Shown here piece by piece: positions 50,727 through 62,739 of a stretch of 64,000 nucleotides of DNA (position 1 is its first letter; each line of letters begins with the position of its first letter). The stretch is from Malacoraja senta (taxonomy: Eukaryota): contig JAXLNO010002548.1 of NCBI GenBank assembly GCA_038087875.1, positions 1 to 64,000 of the forward strand, given 5' to 3'. The translations under genes and the position numbers were made by a program. Under the pieces are notes generated by a model that saw only the letters and a list, made by a program, of their open reading frames with translations, was not told the origin of the DNA and made no database searches.

Positions 50727-51437
50727 AATTCCCTTGTCAATTCTTCCCTTCCCTCCCATACCACCCCCTCCCCTGGTACTTTCCCTTGCAACCGCAAGAG
50801 ATGCAACACTTGTCCCTTCACCTCCCCCCTCGACTCCATTCAAGGACCCAAGCAGTCGTTCCAGGTGCGACAGAGGTTCACCTGCATCTCCTCCAACCTC
50901 ATCTATTGCATCCGCTGCTCTAGATGCCAGCTGATCTACATCGGTGAGACCAAGCGGAGGCTTGGCGATCGTTTCGCCGAACACCTCCGGTCGGTCCGCA
51001 ATAACCAACCTGAGCTCCCGCTGGCTCAGCACTTCAACTCCCCCTCCCATTCCGTATCTGACCTCTCTGTCCTGGGTCTCCTCCATGGCCACAGCAAGCA
51101 ACACCGTAAATTGGAGGAAATGCACCTCATATTCCGCTTGGGCAGTCTACATCCTGGGGGCTTGAACATTGAATTCTCCCAATTCTGCTAGCCCTTGTTG
51201 TCCCCTCCCCTTCATCAGCCCTCTGGTTGTCTCCTCCCCTCCCCCAGCCCTCGGGCTCCTCCTCCGCCTTTTTCCTTTTTTCCTTTCTTCCCCCCACCCC
51301 CTATCAGTCTGAAGAAGGGTTTCGGCCCGAAACGTTGCCTATTTCCTTCGCTCCATAGATGCTGCTGCACCCGCTCAGTTTCTCCAGCATTTTTGTGTAC
51401 CTTCGATTTTCCAGCATCTGCAGTTCCTTTTTTAACA
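50727..51437 (+). mobile_element. Penelope-like element 3' fragment with GIY-YIG endonuclease
   Basis: PCNRKRCNTC..NLIYCIRCSRCQLIYIGETKRRLGDRFAEH..HFN..EMHLIFRL..GLN, followed by a pLTR-type terminus. Confidence 0.92.
51302..51342 (+). ncRNA. Minimal type I hammerhead ribozyme motif in the Penelope terminal repeat
   Basis: CTGAAGA (51309-51315), extra A, helix II GGGT-TTCG-GCCC, GAAAC, GTT cleavage triplet; palindromic AACGTT helix III; weak helix I. Confidence 0.6.
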
Positions 51438-51516
51438 ACATGCTGCCCGTCTCGCTGAGTTACTCCAGCATTTTGTTTCTTATCTTTGATTTAAATTACA
51501 TTTTGACAGGTCTGGA

Positions 51517-54500
51517 AAGGTTGAGAGGGACATGGGCCAAATTCAGGCAGGTGGGACTAGAGTTTGTACGTTCTCTCTGTGACTGTGTGTGTTTTCTCCG
51601 GGTGCTCCGATTTCCTCCCACATTACAAAGATGTGCAGGTGTGTAGATTAATTCTGAAAATTGCCCCCAGTGAGTAGGGTAGACCTAGTGAACAGGTTAT
51701 CGCTGGTCGGCGCATACTAAAAAAATGAAAACATAGCCATGAGGAACTGTAGATGCCTGCGTACTTTTTTAAAAAGATGCAAAGTGCTGGAGTAACTCAG
51801 CGGGGTGCAAGTGTCCCACAAAATGTTTTACGACGAGACTGTTCTAACTTTATGAAAACAAAATGTTCTCCCAGAATAGTGCCTGGATTAGAGTGCTTCA
51901 GCTACGGGGATAGGTACAGTGTAAAGCTTTTGTTGTTGTGTGCTAACCAGTTAGTGGAAGGACAATACAGGATTACAATCAACCCATCCACAGTGTACAG
52001 ATATAGGATTAAGGGAATATCGATTAGTGCAAGGTAAAGTCTGATTAAAGATAGTCTGAGGGATAGTTTAAGAATAAGGGGTAATTTATTTTGAACGGAG
52101 ATGAGGAAAACCATTTCACACAGAGTGTTGAGAGTCTGTGAAATTCTCTGCCGCAGATGGTGGTGGAAGCCGATTCTCTGAATGCTTTCAAGAGAGAGCT
52201 GGACAGAGCTCTTAAAGATAGCGGCGTCAAGGGATGTAGGGAGAAGGCAGGAACAGGGTATTAATTGAGGATGATTGGCATGATCACGGTGAATAGCGGT
52301 GCTGGCTCGAGGGGCAGAATGGCCTACTCCTGCACCTATTGTCTATTGTCTTCAATGAATAATAATGAATGAATAAAAATGTTATTAGCCAAGTAGGTCC
52401 ACATCCAAGGCATTTACATTGGTGCTTTGCTCGCAGGTAACAACAAGATATTCTGTAGACAATAAAAAATAAAATATTATAATTCAAACATGTGAAAATA
52501 AAGTACCGGAGTAAAAAGAGGCCACGGTCTTTTGGCTGTTGAATAGAGTTACTGCTCGTGGGAAAAAGCTGTTTTATGTCTGACTGTAGCAGCTTTGATA
52601 GTCCGGAGTCGCCTCCCAGAAAGAAGTGATTCAAAGAGTTTGTCGCCGGAGGTGAGCGGCAGAAAACATCTGCCAATGCAGTAGATGGTAGGTGGGGTCT
52701 GCTCTCTAGTTGGTGATTGGATGGTTAGAACGTAGGGCAGTACAGCACAGGAACGGGCCCTTCGGCCCACAATGTTTGTGCCGAACATGACGCCAGGTTA
52801 AACTCTCATCTGCCTGTACATGATCCATATCCCTCTCTCCCCTCCACTTCCACATGCCCACCTAAAAGCTTCTTAAACATCCGTCATATCTGCCTCCACC
52901 ACCTCCCCAGGTCAGGCACATGAGGCCCCCACCACTGCCCCGCGCATCCCCATTAAACTTTCCCCTTCTCTCCTTACAGCGATACCAACTAGTCTTGGAC
53001 ATTTCCAGCCTGGCGTAAAAAGATTCTGAGAGTCGACCCTAACTGTCCCTAAGCTCGCCCTGTAGCTGAAGCTCTCGAATCCAGGCGACATTCTGGTAAA
53101 ACATTTTGTTTACAAAAAGTTAGAAAGTTTTCCTCATGGAACGTTTTGTGCTGCGCACGATTGGTCTAACGCGTTCTAATGAGGGGTGGACGCACGGAAC
53201 TGCAGATGCTCGTTTACATAAAAAGATAAAGTGCTGGAGTAATTCCGCAGTCGCCGGGGGGCCTGGTCTGGAGAAAGGCAGGTTTGTGATCCTGTGTGGA
53301 GGAGAATATTGAAATGCTCGGACAAAACCTGGCACCTCTGAATATATTGTGATATCAGAAAACTACTAAAAGCCCCTGAAAATCAAGGATCTAAGGCGGA
53401 TTTTTAAAATCTAAGATTTTTTATTTTCAAATGTTGGCAGGTATGACACAATACACCAACCACGGTCTGGTCAAAGTTTTATAAATTTGCAACCTGCCTT
53501 TTAAAGTTCACATACAAGTTGGCGCAACAGTGGAGTTACTGCCTCACAGCGCCAGAGACCCGGGTACTGTGTGTGCAGAGTTTGTACCTTCTCCCCGTGA
53601 GTTTTATCAGAGATCTTCCGTTTCCTCCCACACTCCGAAGTCGGGCAGGTTATTGTGTAAATTGGCTTGGTAGAAGTTTAAATTGTCCCTCGTGTGTGTC
53701 TGTTAGTGTTACTGTGCGGGAAACGTCTGTGGGTACAGACTCGCTACAGTTGAGGCCACAGTTATTTGGCTATATTTAAGAGGGTGTTAGATGTGGCCCT
53801 TGTGGCTAAAGGGAACAGGGGGTGTGGAGAGAAGGCAGGGCTGGGATACTGAGTTGGATGATCAGCCATGATCATATTGAATGGCGGTGCAGGCTCGAAC
53901 GGCCGAATGGCCTACTCCTGCACCTATTGTCTATGTTTCTATCATTGGCGTCTCCCTACCCTCGGTACAAGAACTTTCCCAGAGCCGCTGCCTGAAAAAA
54001 GCACTGAGCATTGCAAAGGACAAACTGCACCCCCTCCACACACATCTGGATCTCCTGCCATCATGCAAGAGATACCGTAGCATCAAAGCCCGGACTACCA
54101 GACTGCTAAACAGCTTCCTTCCACAGGCTGTGAGGCTGCTAAACTGTCACTCCACCTGATTCTGCGGCTTTTTTTGCTCTGACAATTTAATAGCTCTGGC
54201 ACTGGCCACTCAAATCAGCTGCCCTGGACATTTTAAGGACTGTTTTTACTGTATTTTAATGTTGCTGTTTTACCGGCTTTTAATTATTTATACTATTTCA
54301 ACAGGGACTGGATTGTTTTTAATGTAATTGTGTGTGAAATGTTTATGTGCAATGCTCCGGTATTCCCTGGGAAACGTCTTCTCATTTTGCACTGTATAAT
54401 TGTTGCTTTGCAAGATGACAATAAAGGTTGATTGATTGATTGCCTGCGAGATGCGTTGCGGCCAATCACCGACCAGCTTCCCTTTACTGAAGCAGAAGAT

Positions 54501-54948
54501 GGCTGCAGCCAAAATCACCTTTTCTCTGCTGTTTGCACACAGTGCTCGGCAAAGAGACATTTCAGGTAACATTTTTTGCAAACCTTTATTGAAGCTGTAT
54601 GAAGTCATTTATTTCATGAATTATTTATAACCATGCGGCCATATAACAATTACAGCACGGAAACCCTTCTAGTCCGTGCCGAACACTTAATCTCCCCTAG
54701 TCCCATCTACCTGCACTCAGGCCATAACCCTCCATTCCTTTCCCGTCCATATAGGGATGTTTCACGGCAGTCGGGTCATGACCCCATGACCCCTACTGTT
54801 GCTACGCTATGCCAAATGGATTACACGCGATGTACTGTAGGCAAGCACTTACCATTGTTTCCAGCGTAGCGGGCCGGTTAAAACCCGCCGAAATGGTCAA
54901 TTCTTGCGCTGTAAATAATTATGGAAATCGGGATAAGCGTGAGAGACA
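51517..54948 (+). repeat. Tandem segmental duplication, copy 1
   Basis: Near-identical to 54987-58418 (offset ~3470); mostly SINE, CR1 and Rex fragments with short unique spacers. Confidence 0.97.
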
Positions 54949-54986
54949 GTTAGCCAACTTCAGAATTCAAAAAGTGAGGAGAAATG

Positions 54987-57900
54987 AAGGTTGAGAGGGA
55001 CATGGGCCAAATTCAGGCAGGTGGGACTAGAGTTTGTACGTTCTCTCTGTGACTGTGTGTTTTCTCCGGGTGCTCCGATTTCCTCCCACATTCCAAAGAT
55101 GTGCAGGTGTGTAGATTAATTCTGAAAATTGCCCCCAGTGAGTAGGGTAGACCTAGTGAACAGGTTATCGCTGGTCGGCGCGTACTAAAAAAATGAAAAC
55201 ATAGCCATGAGGAACTGTAGATGCCTGCGTACTTTTTTAAAAAAGATGCAAAGTGCTGGAGTAACTCAGCGGGGTGCAAGTGTCCCAGCCTGACGTTTGA
55301 ACCACAAAATGTTTTACGACGAGACTGTTCTAACTTTATGAAAACAAAATGTTCTCCCAGAATACTGCCTGGATTAGAGGGCTTCAGCTACAGGGAGAGG
55401 TACAGTGTAAAGCTTTTTTTGTTGTGTGCTAACCAGTTAGTGGAAGGACAATACAGGATTACAATCAACCCATCCACAGTGTACAGATATAGGATTAAGG
55501 GAATATCGATTAGTGCAAGGTAAAGTCTGATTAAAGATAGTCTGAGGGATAGTTTAAGAATAAGGGGTAATTTATTTTGAACGGAGATGAGGAAAACCAT
55601 TTCACACAGAGTGTTGAGAGTCTGTGAAATTCTCTGCCGCAGATGGTGGTGGAAGCCGATTCTCTGAATGCTTTCAAGAGAGAGCTGGACAGAGCTCTTA
55701 AAGATAGCGGCGTCAAGGGATATAGGGAGAAGGCAGGAACAGGGTATTAATTGTGGATGATTGGCATGATCACGGTGAATAGGGGCAGAATGGCCTACTC
55801 CTGCACCTATTGTCTATTGTCTTCAATGAATAATAATGAATGAATAAAAATGTTATTAACCAAGTAGGTCCACATCCAAGGCATTTACATTGGTGCTTTG
55901 CTCGCAGGTAACAACATGATATTCTGTAGACAATAAAAAATAAAATATTATAATTCAAACATGTGAAAATAAAGTACCGGAGTAAAAAGAGGCTACGGTC
56001 TTTTGGCTGTTGAATAGAGTTACTGCTCGTGGGAAACAGCTGTTTTATGTCTGACTGTAGCAGCTTTGATAGTCCGGAGTCGCCTCCCAGAAAGAAGTGA
56101 TTCAAAGAGTTTGTCGCCGGAGGTGAGCGGCAGAAAACATCTGCCAATGCAGTAGATGGTAGGTGGGGTCTGCTCTCTAGTTGGTGATTGGATGGTTAGA
56201 ACGTAGGGCAGTACAGCACAGGAACGGGCCCTTCGGCCCACAATGTTTGTGCCGAACATGACGCCAGAAACTCTCATCTGCCTGTACATGATCAATATCT
56301 CTCTCTCCCCTCCACTTCCACATGCCCACCTAAAAGCTTCTTAAACATCCGTCATATCTGCCTCCACCACCTCCCCAGGTCAGGCACATGAGGCCCCCAC
56401 CACTGCCCCGCGCATCCCCATTAAACTTCCCCCCTCTCTCCTTACAGCGATACCAACTAGTCTTGGACATTTCCAGCCTGGTGTAAAAAGATTCTGAGAG
56501 TCGACCCTAACTGTCCCTAAGCTCGCCCTGTAGCTGAAGCTCTCGAATCCAGGCGACATTCTGGTAAAACCTTTTGTTTACAAAATGTTAGAACGTTTTC
56601 CTCATGGAACGTTTTGTGCTGCACACGATCGGTCTAACGCGTTCTAATGAGGGGTGGACGCACGGAACTGCAGATGCTCCGTTTACATAAAAAGGCAAAG
56701 TGCTGGAGTAACTCGGCAGTCGCCGGGGGGACCTAGTCTGGAGAAAGGCAGGTTTGTGATCCTGTGTTGAGGAGAATATTGAAATACTTGGACAAAACCT
56801 GGCACCTCTGAATATATTGTGATATCAGAAAACTACTAAAAGCCCCTGAAAATCAAGGATCTAAGGCGGATTTTTAAAATCTAAGATTTTTTATTTTCAA
56901 ATGTTAGCAGGTATGACACAATACACCAACCACGGTCTGGTCAAAGTTTTATAAATTTGCAACCTGCCTTTTAAAGTTCACATACAAGTTGGCGCAACAG
57001 TGGAGTTACTGCCTCACAGCGCCAGAGACCCGGGTACTGTGTGTGCAGAGTTTGTACCTTCTCCCCGTGAGTTTTATCAGAGATCTTCCGTTTCCTCCCA
57101 CACTCCGAAGTCGGGCAGGTTATTGTGTAAATTGGCTTGGTAGAAGTTTAAATTGTCCCTCGTGTGTGTCTGTTAGTGTTACTGTGCGGGAAACGTCTGT
57201 GGGTACAGACTCGCTACAGTTGAGGCCACAGTTATTTGGCTATATTTAAGAGGGAGTTAGATGTGGCCCTTGTGGCTAAAGGGAACAGGGGGTGTGGAGA
57301 GAAGGCAGGGCTGGGATACTGAGTTGGATGATCAGCCATGATCATATTGAATGGCGGTGCAGGCTCGAACGGCCGAATGGCCTACTCCTGCACCTATTGT
57401 CTATGTTTCTATCATTGGCGTCTCCCTACCCTCGGTACAAGAACTTTCCCAGAGCCGCTGCCTGAAAAAAGCACTGAGCATTGCAAAGGACAAACTGCAC
57501 CCCCTCCACACACATCTGGATCTCCTGCCATCATGCAAGAGATACCGTAGCATCAAAGCCCGGACTACCAGACTGCTAAACAGCTTCCTTCCACAGGCTG
57601 TGAGGCTGCTAAAGTGTCACTCCACCTGATTCTGCGGCTTTTTTAGCTCTGACAATTTAATAACTCTGGCACTGGCCACTCAAATCAGCTGCCCTGGACA
57701 TTTTAAGGACTGTTTTTACTGTATTTTAATGTTGCTGTTTTACCGGCTTTTAATTATTTATACTATGTCAACAGGGACTGGATTGTTTTTACTGTTATTG
57801 TGTGTGAAATGTTTATGTGCGATGCTCCGGTATTCCCTGGGAAACGTCTTCTCATTTTGCACTGTACAATTGTTGCTTTGCAAGATGACAATAAAGGTTG

Positions 57901-58418
57901 ATTGATTGATTGCCTGCGAGATGCGTTGCGGCCAATCACCGACCAGCTTCCCTTTACTGAAGCAGAAGATGGCTGCAGCCAAAATCACCTTTTCTCTGCT
58001 GTTTGCACACAGTGCTCGGCAAAGAGACATTTCAGGTAACATTTTTTGCAAACCTTTATTGAAGCTGTATGAAGTCATTTATTTCATGAATTATTTATAA
58101 CCATGCGGCCATATAACAATTACAGCACGGAAACCCTTCTAGTCCGTGCCGAACACTTAATCTCCCCTAGTCCCATCTACCTGCACTCAGGCCATAACCC
58201 TCCATTCCTTTCCCGTCCATATAGGGATGTTTCACGGCAGTCGGGTCACGACCCCATGACCCCTACTGTTGCTACGCTATGCCAAATGGATTACACGCGA
58301 TGTACTGTAGGCAAGCACTTACCATTGTTTCCAGCGTAGCGGGCCGGTTAAAACCCGCCGAAATGGTCAATTTTTGCGCTGTAAATAATTATGGAAATCG
58401 GGATAAGCGTGAGAGACA
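54987..58418 (+). repeat. Tandem segmental duplication, copy 2
   Basis: See copy 1; scattered substitutions and small indels. Confidence 0.97.
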
Positions 58419-58479
58419 TTTAGATGATGCAAACATCCACTGTAGCATACATCACTGTGGTGGTAGGCACAAAATTTGG

Positions 58480-59170
58480 CCAGGCCTCCTCCATTCCCCC
58501 CCGTGGACAGGACCAGAGTCCAGAGTCAGTCCAGGATCGGCTCTTCCTCACCGGAGACCGCGGCTTTAAGATGGTGTAGGCCGCAGGCCGGCGGTCGAGA
58601 TTTAAAGACTCCGCCGCAGCCAGAAGTACCGTAGACTGCAGGGCCGGCGGTCGAAGCTCCCCTCCAGGGGTGATGGTAAGTCCATGCCGGACCCGCGGTA
58701 GAAGTTGGCCGCGGGTCGGCAGTGATGGCTTCTTCTTCCCCCGGGACCCCACGAGGGATCCCGGGCTGTAGACGCCGCGCCAGCTGGAGCTCTGCAGACC
58801 GCGACTTCAGGCTGCCGGCAGCCCCGGGACAGCGAAACGGAGCGCTCCTCTCCAGCGAGCCCCAGCGAGGGCTCACCCGCTCCACAACGAGAGTCCACGC
58901 TGCGCCCGCCGCTGAAGCCCCGGGCGTGTCTCCGGGAAAGGCCGCGCCAATCCTTGATGTTAGGCCACGGGGGAGCCGACCTGGAAAAAGTCGCCTCTCC
59001 ATGAAGGAGGCGACCGAAGCGGTTTCCCCCTTACCCCCCCACACCACCACCCACACTAAACACACGAAGGAACATTAAATACATACTTTAAAACATACTA
59101 AAACATAAAAAAAGGTTGAAAAAACTGACGCGCTGCTGACATGGCTGCTGCCAGAGCAGCGCCCCCTACC
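58480..59170. other. GC/CpG-rich non-coding segment, probably a LINE 5' region
   Basis: Very high CpG density, no recognisable protein in the overlapping ORFs, abuts a Rex fragment. Confidence 0.4.
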
Positions 59171-59171
59171 G

Positions 59172-59508
59172 CTATATCTGCTTTCGATGGTACAGCGGTA
59201 AAAGTTGGACAGGATCTGGGGGTACAGGTGCACTTTCTTAAGCCTCCTCAGAAAGTAAAGGCGCTGTTGCGCCTTTTTGATCAATTTGGTGGTATTGAGG
59301 GACCACAACAGATCCTCTGAGATGTGTACCCCGAGGCATTTGTAGTTGGAGACGCGCTCGACCTCAGTCCCGTTTATGTGGATGGGGGTATGTCTGCCAC
59401 CTCTGGTCTTCCTGAAGTCAACGATAATTTCCTTTGTCTGCTTGGAGTTGAGGACGAGGTTATTGTTGGTACACCAGGCTGCCAGGTTCTGGACCTCCTA
59501 AAAAGATG
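59172..59508 (-). mobile_element. Rex1/Babar-like LINE fragment
   Basis: NTTKLIKKAQQRLYFLRRLKK..SNFYRCTIES. Confidence 0.8.
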
Positions 59509-59574
59509 ATTTTTAATCTGACGCAAACATTATCAACACAAATGGTGTGTGAATCCTGAGCTGGATAGAAAGAG

Positions 59575-61584
59575 GAAGGGTGTTTGCCCTTCGAAAGAAA
59601 CTGTGTGAGACTGAATCTCAGTGTGTCGCCGTGCTTGGAGCTTTGTCACTCAGTCTCTGTACTCGTTCACCATCAGTCTCTTCTCACAAGGTAGGTGACC
59701 TCACTGCAGTCTCACTTCATGTCAAAGAGTGGTTTAACAGGTATCCACAAACTGAACAATGTTGGATGTCCTGGAAACTGTGTCTCTCTCTCTCTGTGTT
59801 TCTCAACTTGAATGTCTACCATAAAACAACAAATCATAAAAGCTGGTCGTGTTTCATCAATTAACTTATTTCCAATTATTTCAATCCATATTCGCCATTA
59901 CTTTAAATGTCCAATTCCTAGCACTAGTAACAATTCTCCAAATTAAATTTACTGATAAGTAATCTAAAAGAACATCTAGAAACCATTAAAAGAAAATCAA
60001 AAGCTGATTTTTTCAACTTCCCTTTTTCAGGTTACGAGGATACAAAGAGTTAATTTTACAGCTTGTTCGTAATCTCCGATGGTTTGCAGTATTTTTAACT
60101 ACAGTGGAAATTCTTGCCCCCGCCACGGGGGTGGGGGGGGGCGGGTTCAATTTTACAACTTGCTCATTCCAACCTTTCATCTTACAACCATTCGTTCCAA
60201 ACCGGTTTTTACATACAAATCACATTCGTTCCGTTCTTACTTCAAATAGATTATTCAATTTATATTTTCTCCCTGTCCTGCACTCTTGTCCCCGGCCTTT
60301 GCCGTCTTCTTATCTGCTACTTTCGAGAGTAACTCCCTCATCATCCTGTCTCTCTCTGTTCCTTATTTGTTGTTTTTCTACTGCCTGCAACATAATCTTT
60401 ACTACTTGTTTTTCCCTTCTGTGAAAAGGAATTGATCTAACTGTTCTTGTCAGACCTAAAGGATCTTCAAGGAGGCTATTTAACAATTCCCCTTCCCCCT
60501 CAGGGTCCTCTCCTAGGTACCTCCCTCAGCGGTCTAATTTCTACCGATCTTCTTATCTTCCCCTTCCGACCTTTTGACTCCCCATCCTGGTGGTTGGGTG
60601 ATCTTCGTCCACCCCGGCCCCTGTCTTCTCTCTTCCCTGGGTATTTTGCCCCCCTGCGGCTCTGCATTTGCCCCAACGGACTATACCTTATCATTGTTGT
60701 CTACTCCAACCCCTGGGTATTTCCTGCCCCCCAGTGGTTCAGCATTTGCCCCAACGGACTATTGGGCAGAATGCGGGGATTTGGCCTACAGGCTTTTCCC
60801 CTCCCTTTTCAGTTTGCCTTGCCGGTACAGACCCCTGAATCCTTCAGGGCGTTAAGCACAAGGTCTTTTCAATCGCCCAGGAAGTACTTTATTAGTCATT
60901 ATTCCTACCTGGGTTCTGAGCACAGAAATTGCTCGATTGACTTTTCGCGATCTCCAACTAATCTCCAACCACTTTCACTTCTTTGCCGAGTCTCTGTTTG
61001 GTCCGGGCATCACTCGCTCAAACCTTCTGACGGTAATCAAGGAGTCTGAGACCGCTGAACTCAGCGGGGTGCACCTTCTCTTCGTCCGTGTACTCCCGTC
61101 AGCTGTCCAGAGTAATTAAATCCCGGAACCGAGCCCCCAAATTGTGAGATTCAAAATCACGAACGCTCTAGAGACAAAGTCATGCAAATAAGTTTTTATT
61201 AAGATAATATTCTGCAGAATAGGTGCCTCTCCTCTGCTGTCCCCTAGAGGCACAACGAAGATGGAGATGCTTTCTATCTTTATACATTTCATTTCACTAT
61301 TGTCACACCCTCATCTCTCCACATTGAGCTTCTTATAATCATAACATAAAGCCCACATTCCCACGAGAACGTCCTGGAACGTCCACCCAACGTCAAAGAC
61401 TCCTAAGGCTTCTGCTGAAGTTTCTATCTGTTTGCTTCTTTTTTATCTAGAATTTCTCTCTGTTCTGTATATTGTTACTTTATTCTACCAGCAGTCTGGC
61501 TTCTACTGACACCTTATTTCTTTCTAAGTTATACTTTTCAGAGTTCTAGTATAAATCAACCATCCCTATTAACCCTTTTCTCAC
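59575..61584 (-). mobile_element. ERV remnant: 5' LTR (61143-61584, U3 type A, internally deleted), PBS-Pro (61120-61139), leader and gag stub
   Basis: TGTGAG..CTCACA; minus-strand TGGGGGCTCGGTTCCGGGAT; leader homologous to 31760-32830. Confidence 0.85.
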
Positions 61585-62000
61585 AATTTCCACCTCTGTG
61601 CCCTCATTTCCTCTCAATTCCTCCCTCCCTCCGAACGGGGCGTTCTCCCGGGGAAGAACCCGGGGTCAGCAGGGCTCCAGGGGTGAGATTAAGGAAGGAT
61701 GGAAGATTGACCAACTATGGAGGTTGACAACAAAATGGCCACCATCAGGTTAAGTGGCTTCTCCAGCATGTCTGCCTCCGTGCCCCTTCCTTCCTCCCTC
61801 CCTCCCTCCCAACGGGGCGCTCTCCCAGGGAAGAACCCGGGGTCAGCTGGGCTCCAGGGGTGAGATTAAGGAGGGATTGAAGATTGGCCAACTATGGAGG
61901 TTGACAACAAAATGCCCGCCGGGAAAAGAGGAGCGAGAGAGAGAGATGGAGAGAGAGAGAGGGAGATGGAGAGAGGGAGAGAGAGCGAGAGGGTGGGAAG

Positions 62001-62516
62001 TGTCAGGCGCAAATAGTGAAAGAACACTCACGATGCTTAGAGAATGTAGAGAAACAAGTTTATTTATTAGCAAGTCTGCAGAGTTGGGTGTCTCCCCTGT
62101 CAAGACACACCGAGAGATGGAGTTCATCTCTCTCTTATTCACATCATTTTACATTTGTTACATTTACTCCTCCCCTTCGGGCTCTTGTCAAATCAGAGCA
62201 CTGAGGTGCACACTCTACAGGTACCGCCCCTGGTGCCTCCCAGATCATACATCGCATGTACATTTAAATGAGACATCTTGTCATGATGGGCGTGTTTGCA
62301 ATATTCATTTATGTCATTACGCAAGCGCATAGAGAGTTGTTCATGACCCTTACCCTAGTTCTATCCCGGACGGACTCCTTATCTCCTTTGTTCTCATCCT
62401 TGAAAAAGTCACCATCTGTACTCGTTCTTCACTCCCCCTATCCTCCCTACTATACTCCCTACTATACAAAGGGTTCTTGTCTAAATCAACTTATACCTAT
62501 TAACCCCTTCCTCACA
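62001..62516 (-). mobile_element. Chimeric solo LTR with 4-bp TSD
   Basis: TG..CA ends, GAAG duplicated at 61997-62000 and 62517-62520. 62250-62516 matches U3 type B, whereas 62001-62250 does not match the family A R/U5. Confidence 0.85.
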
Positions 62517-62739
62517 GAAGGAACGAGGGGAGGGGAGAAGGGAGAGGGGTTGGTGAATAGGCAATCCCCAGACACGCACGCATACACCCCCCCTCCCTCT
62601 CTCTACCCCTTCTATCTCTCTCTCTCCCACGTTCACCATCTATTCTCCACTAATTTCCCCAAAGAGTCATGTTCCCCCCATCCCCATCTCTCTCTTCCCC
62701 CTTCTAACCCACCCCCCTCCCCCCCCACCCTTCACCACC

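Noticed and set aside
52980-53096. Apparent plus-strand exon with strong acceptor and donor
   Set aside because: Stops in all three phases, and the pyrimidine tract is the reverse complement of CR1 sequence.
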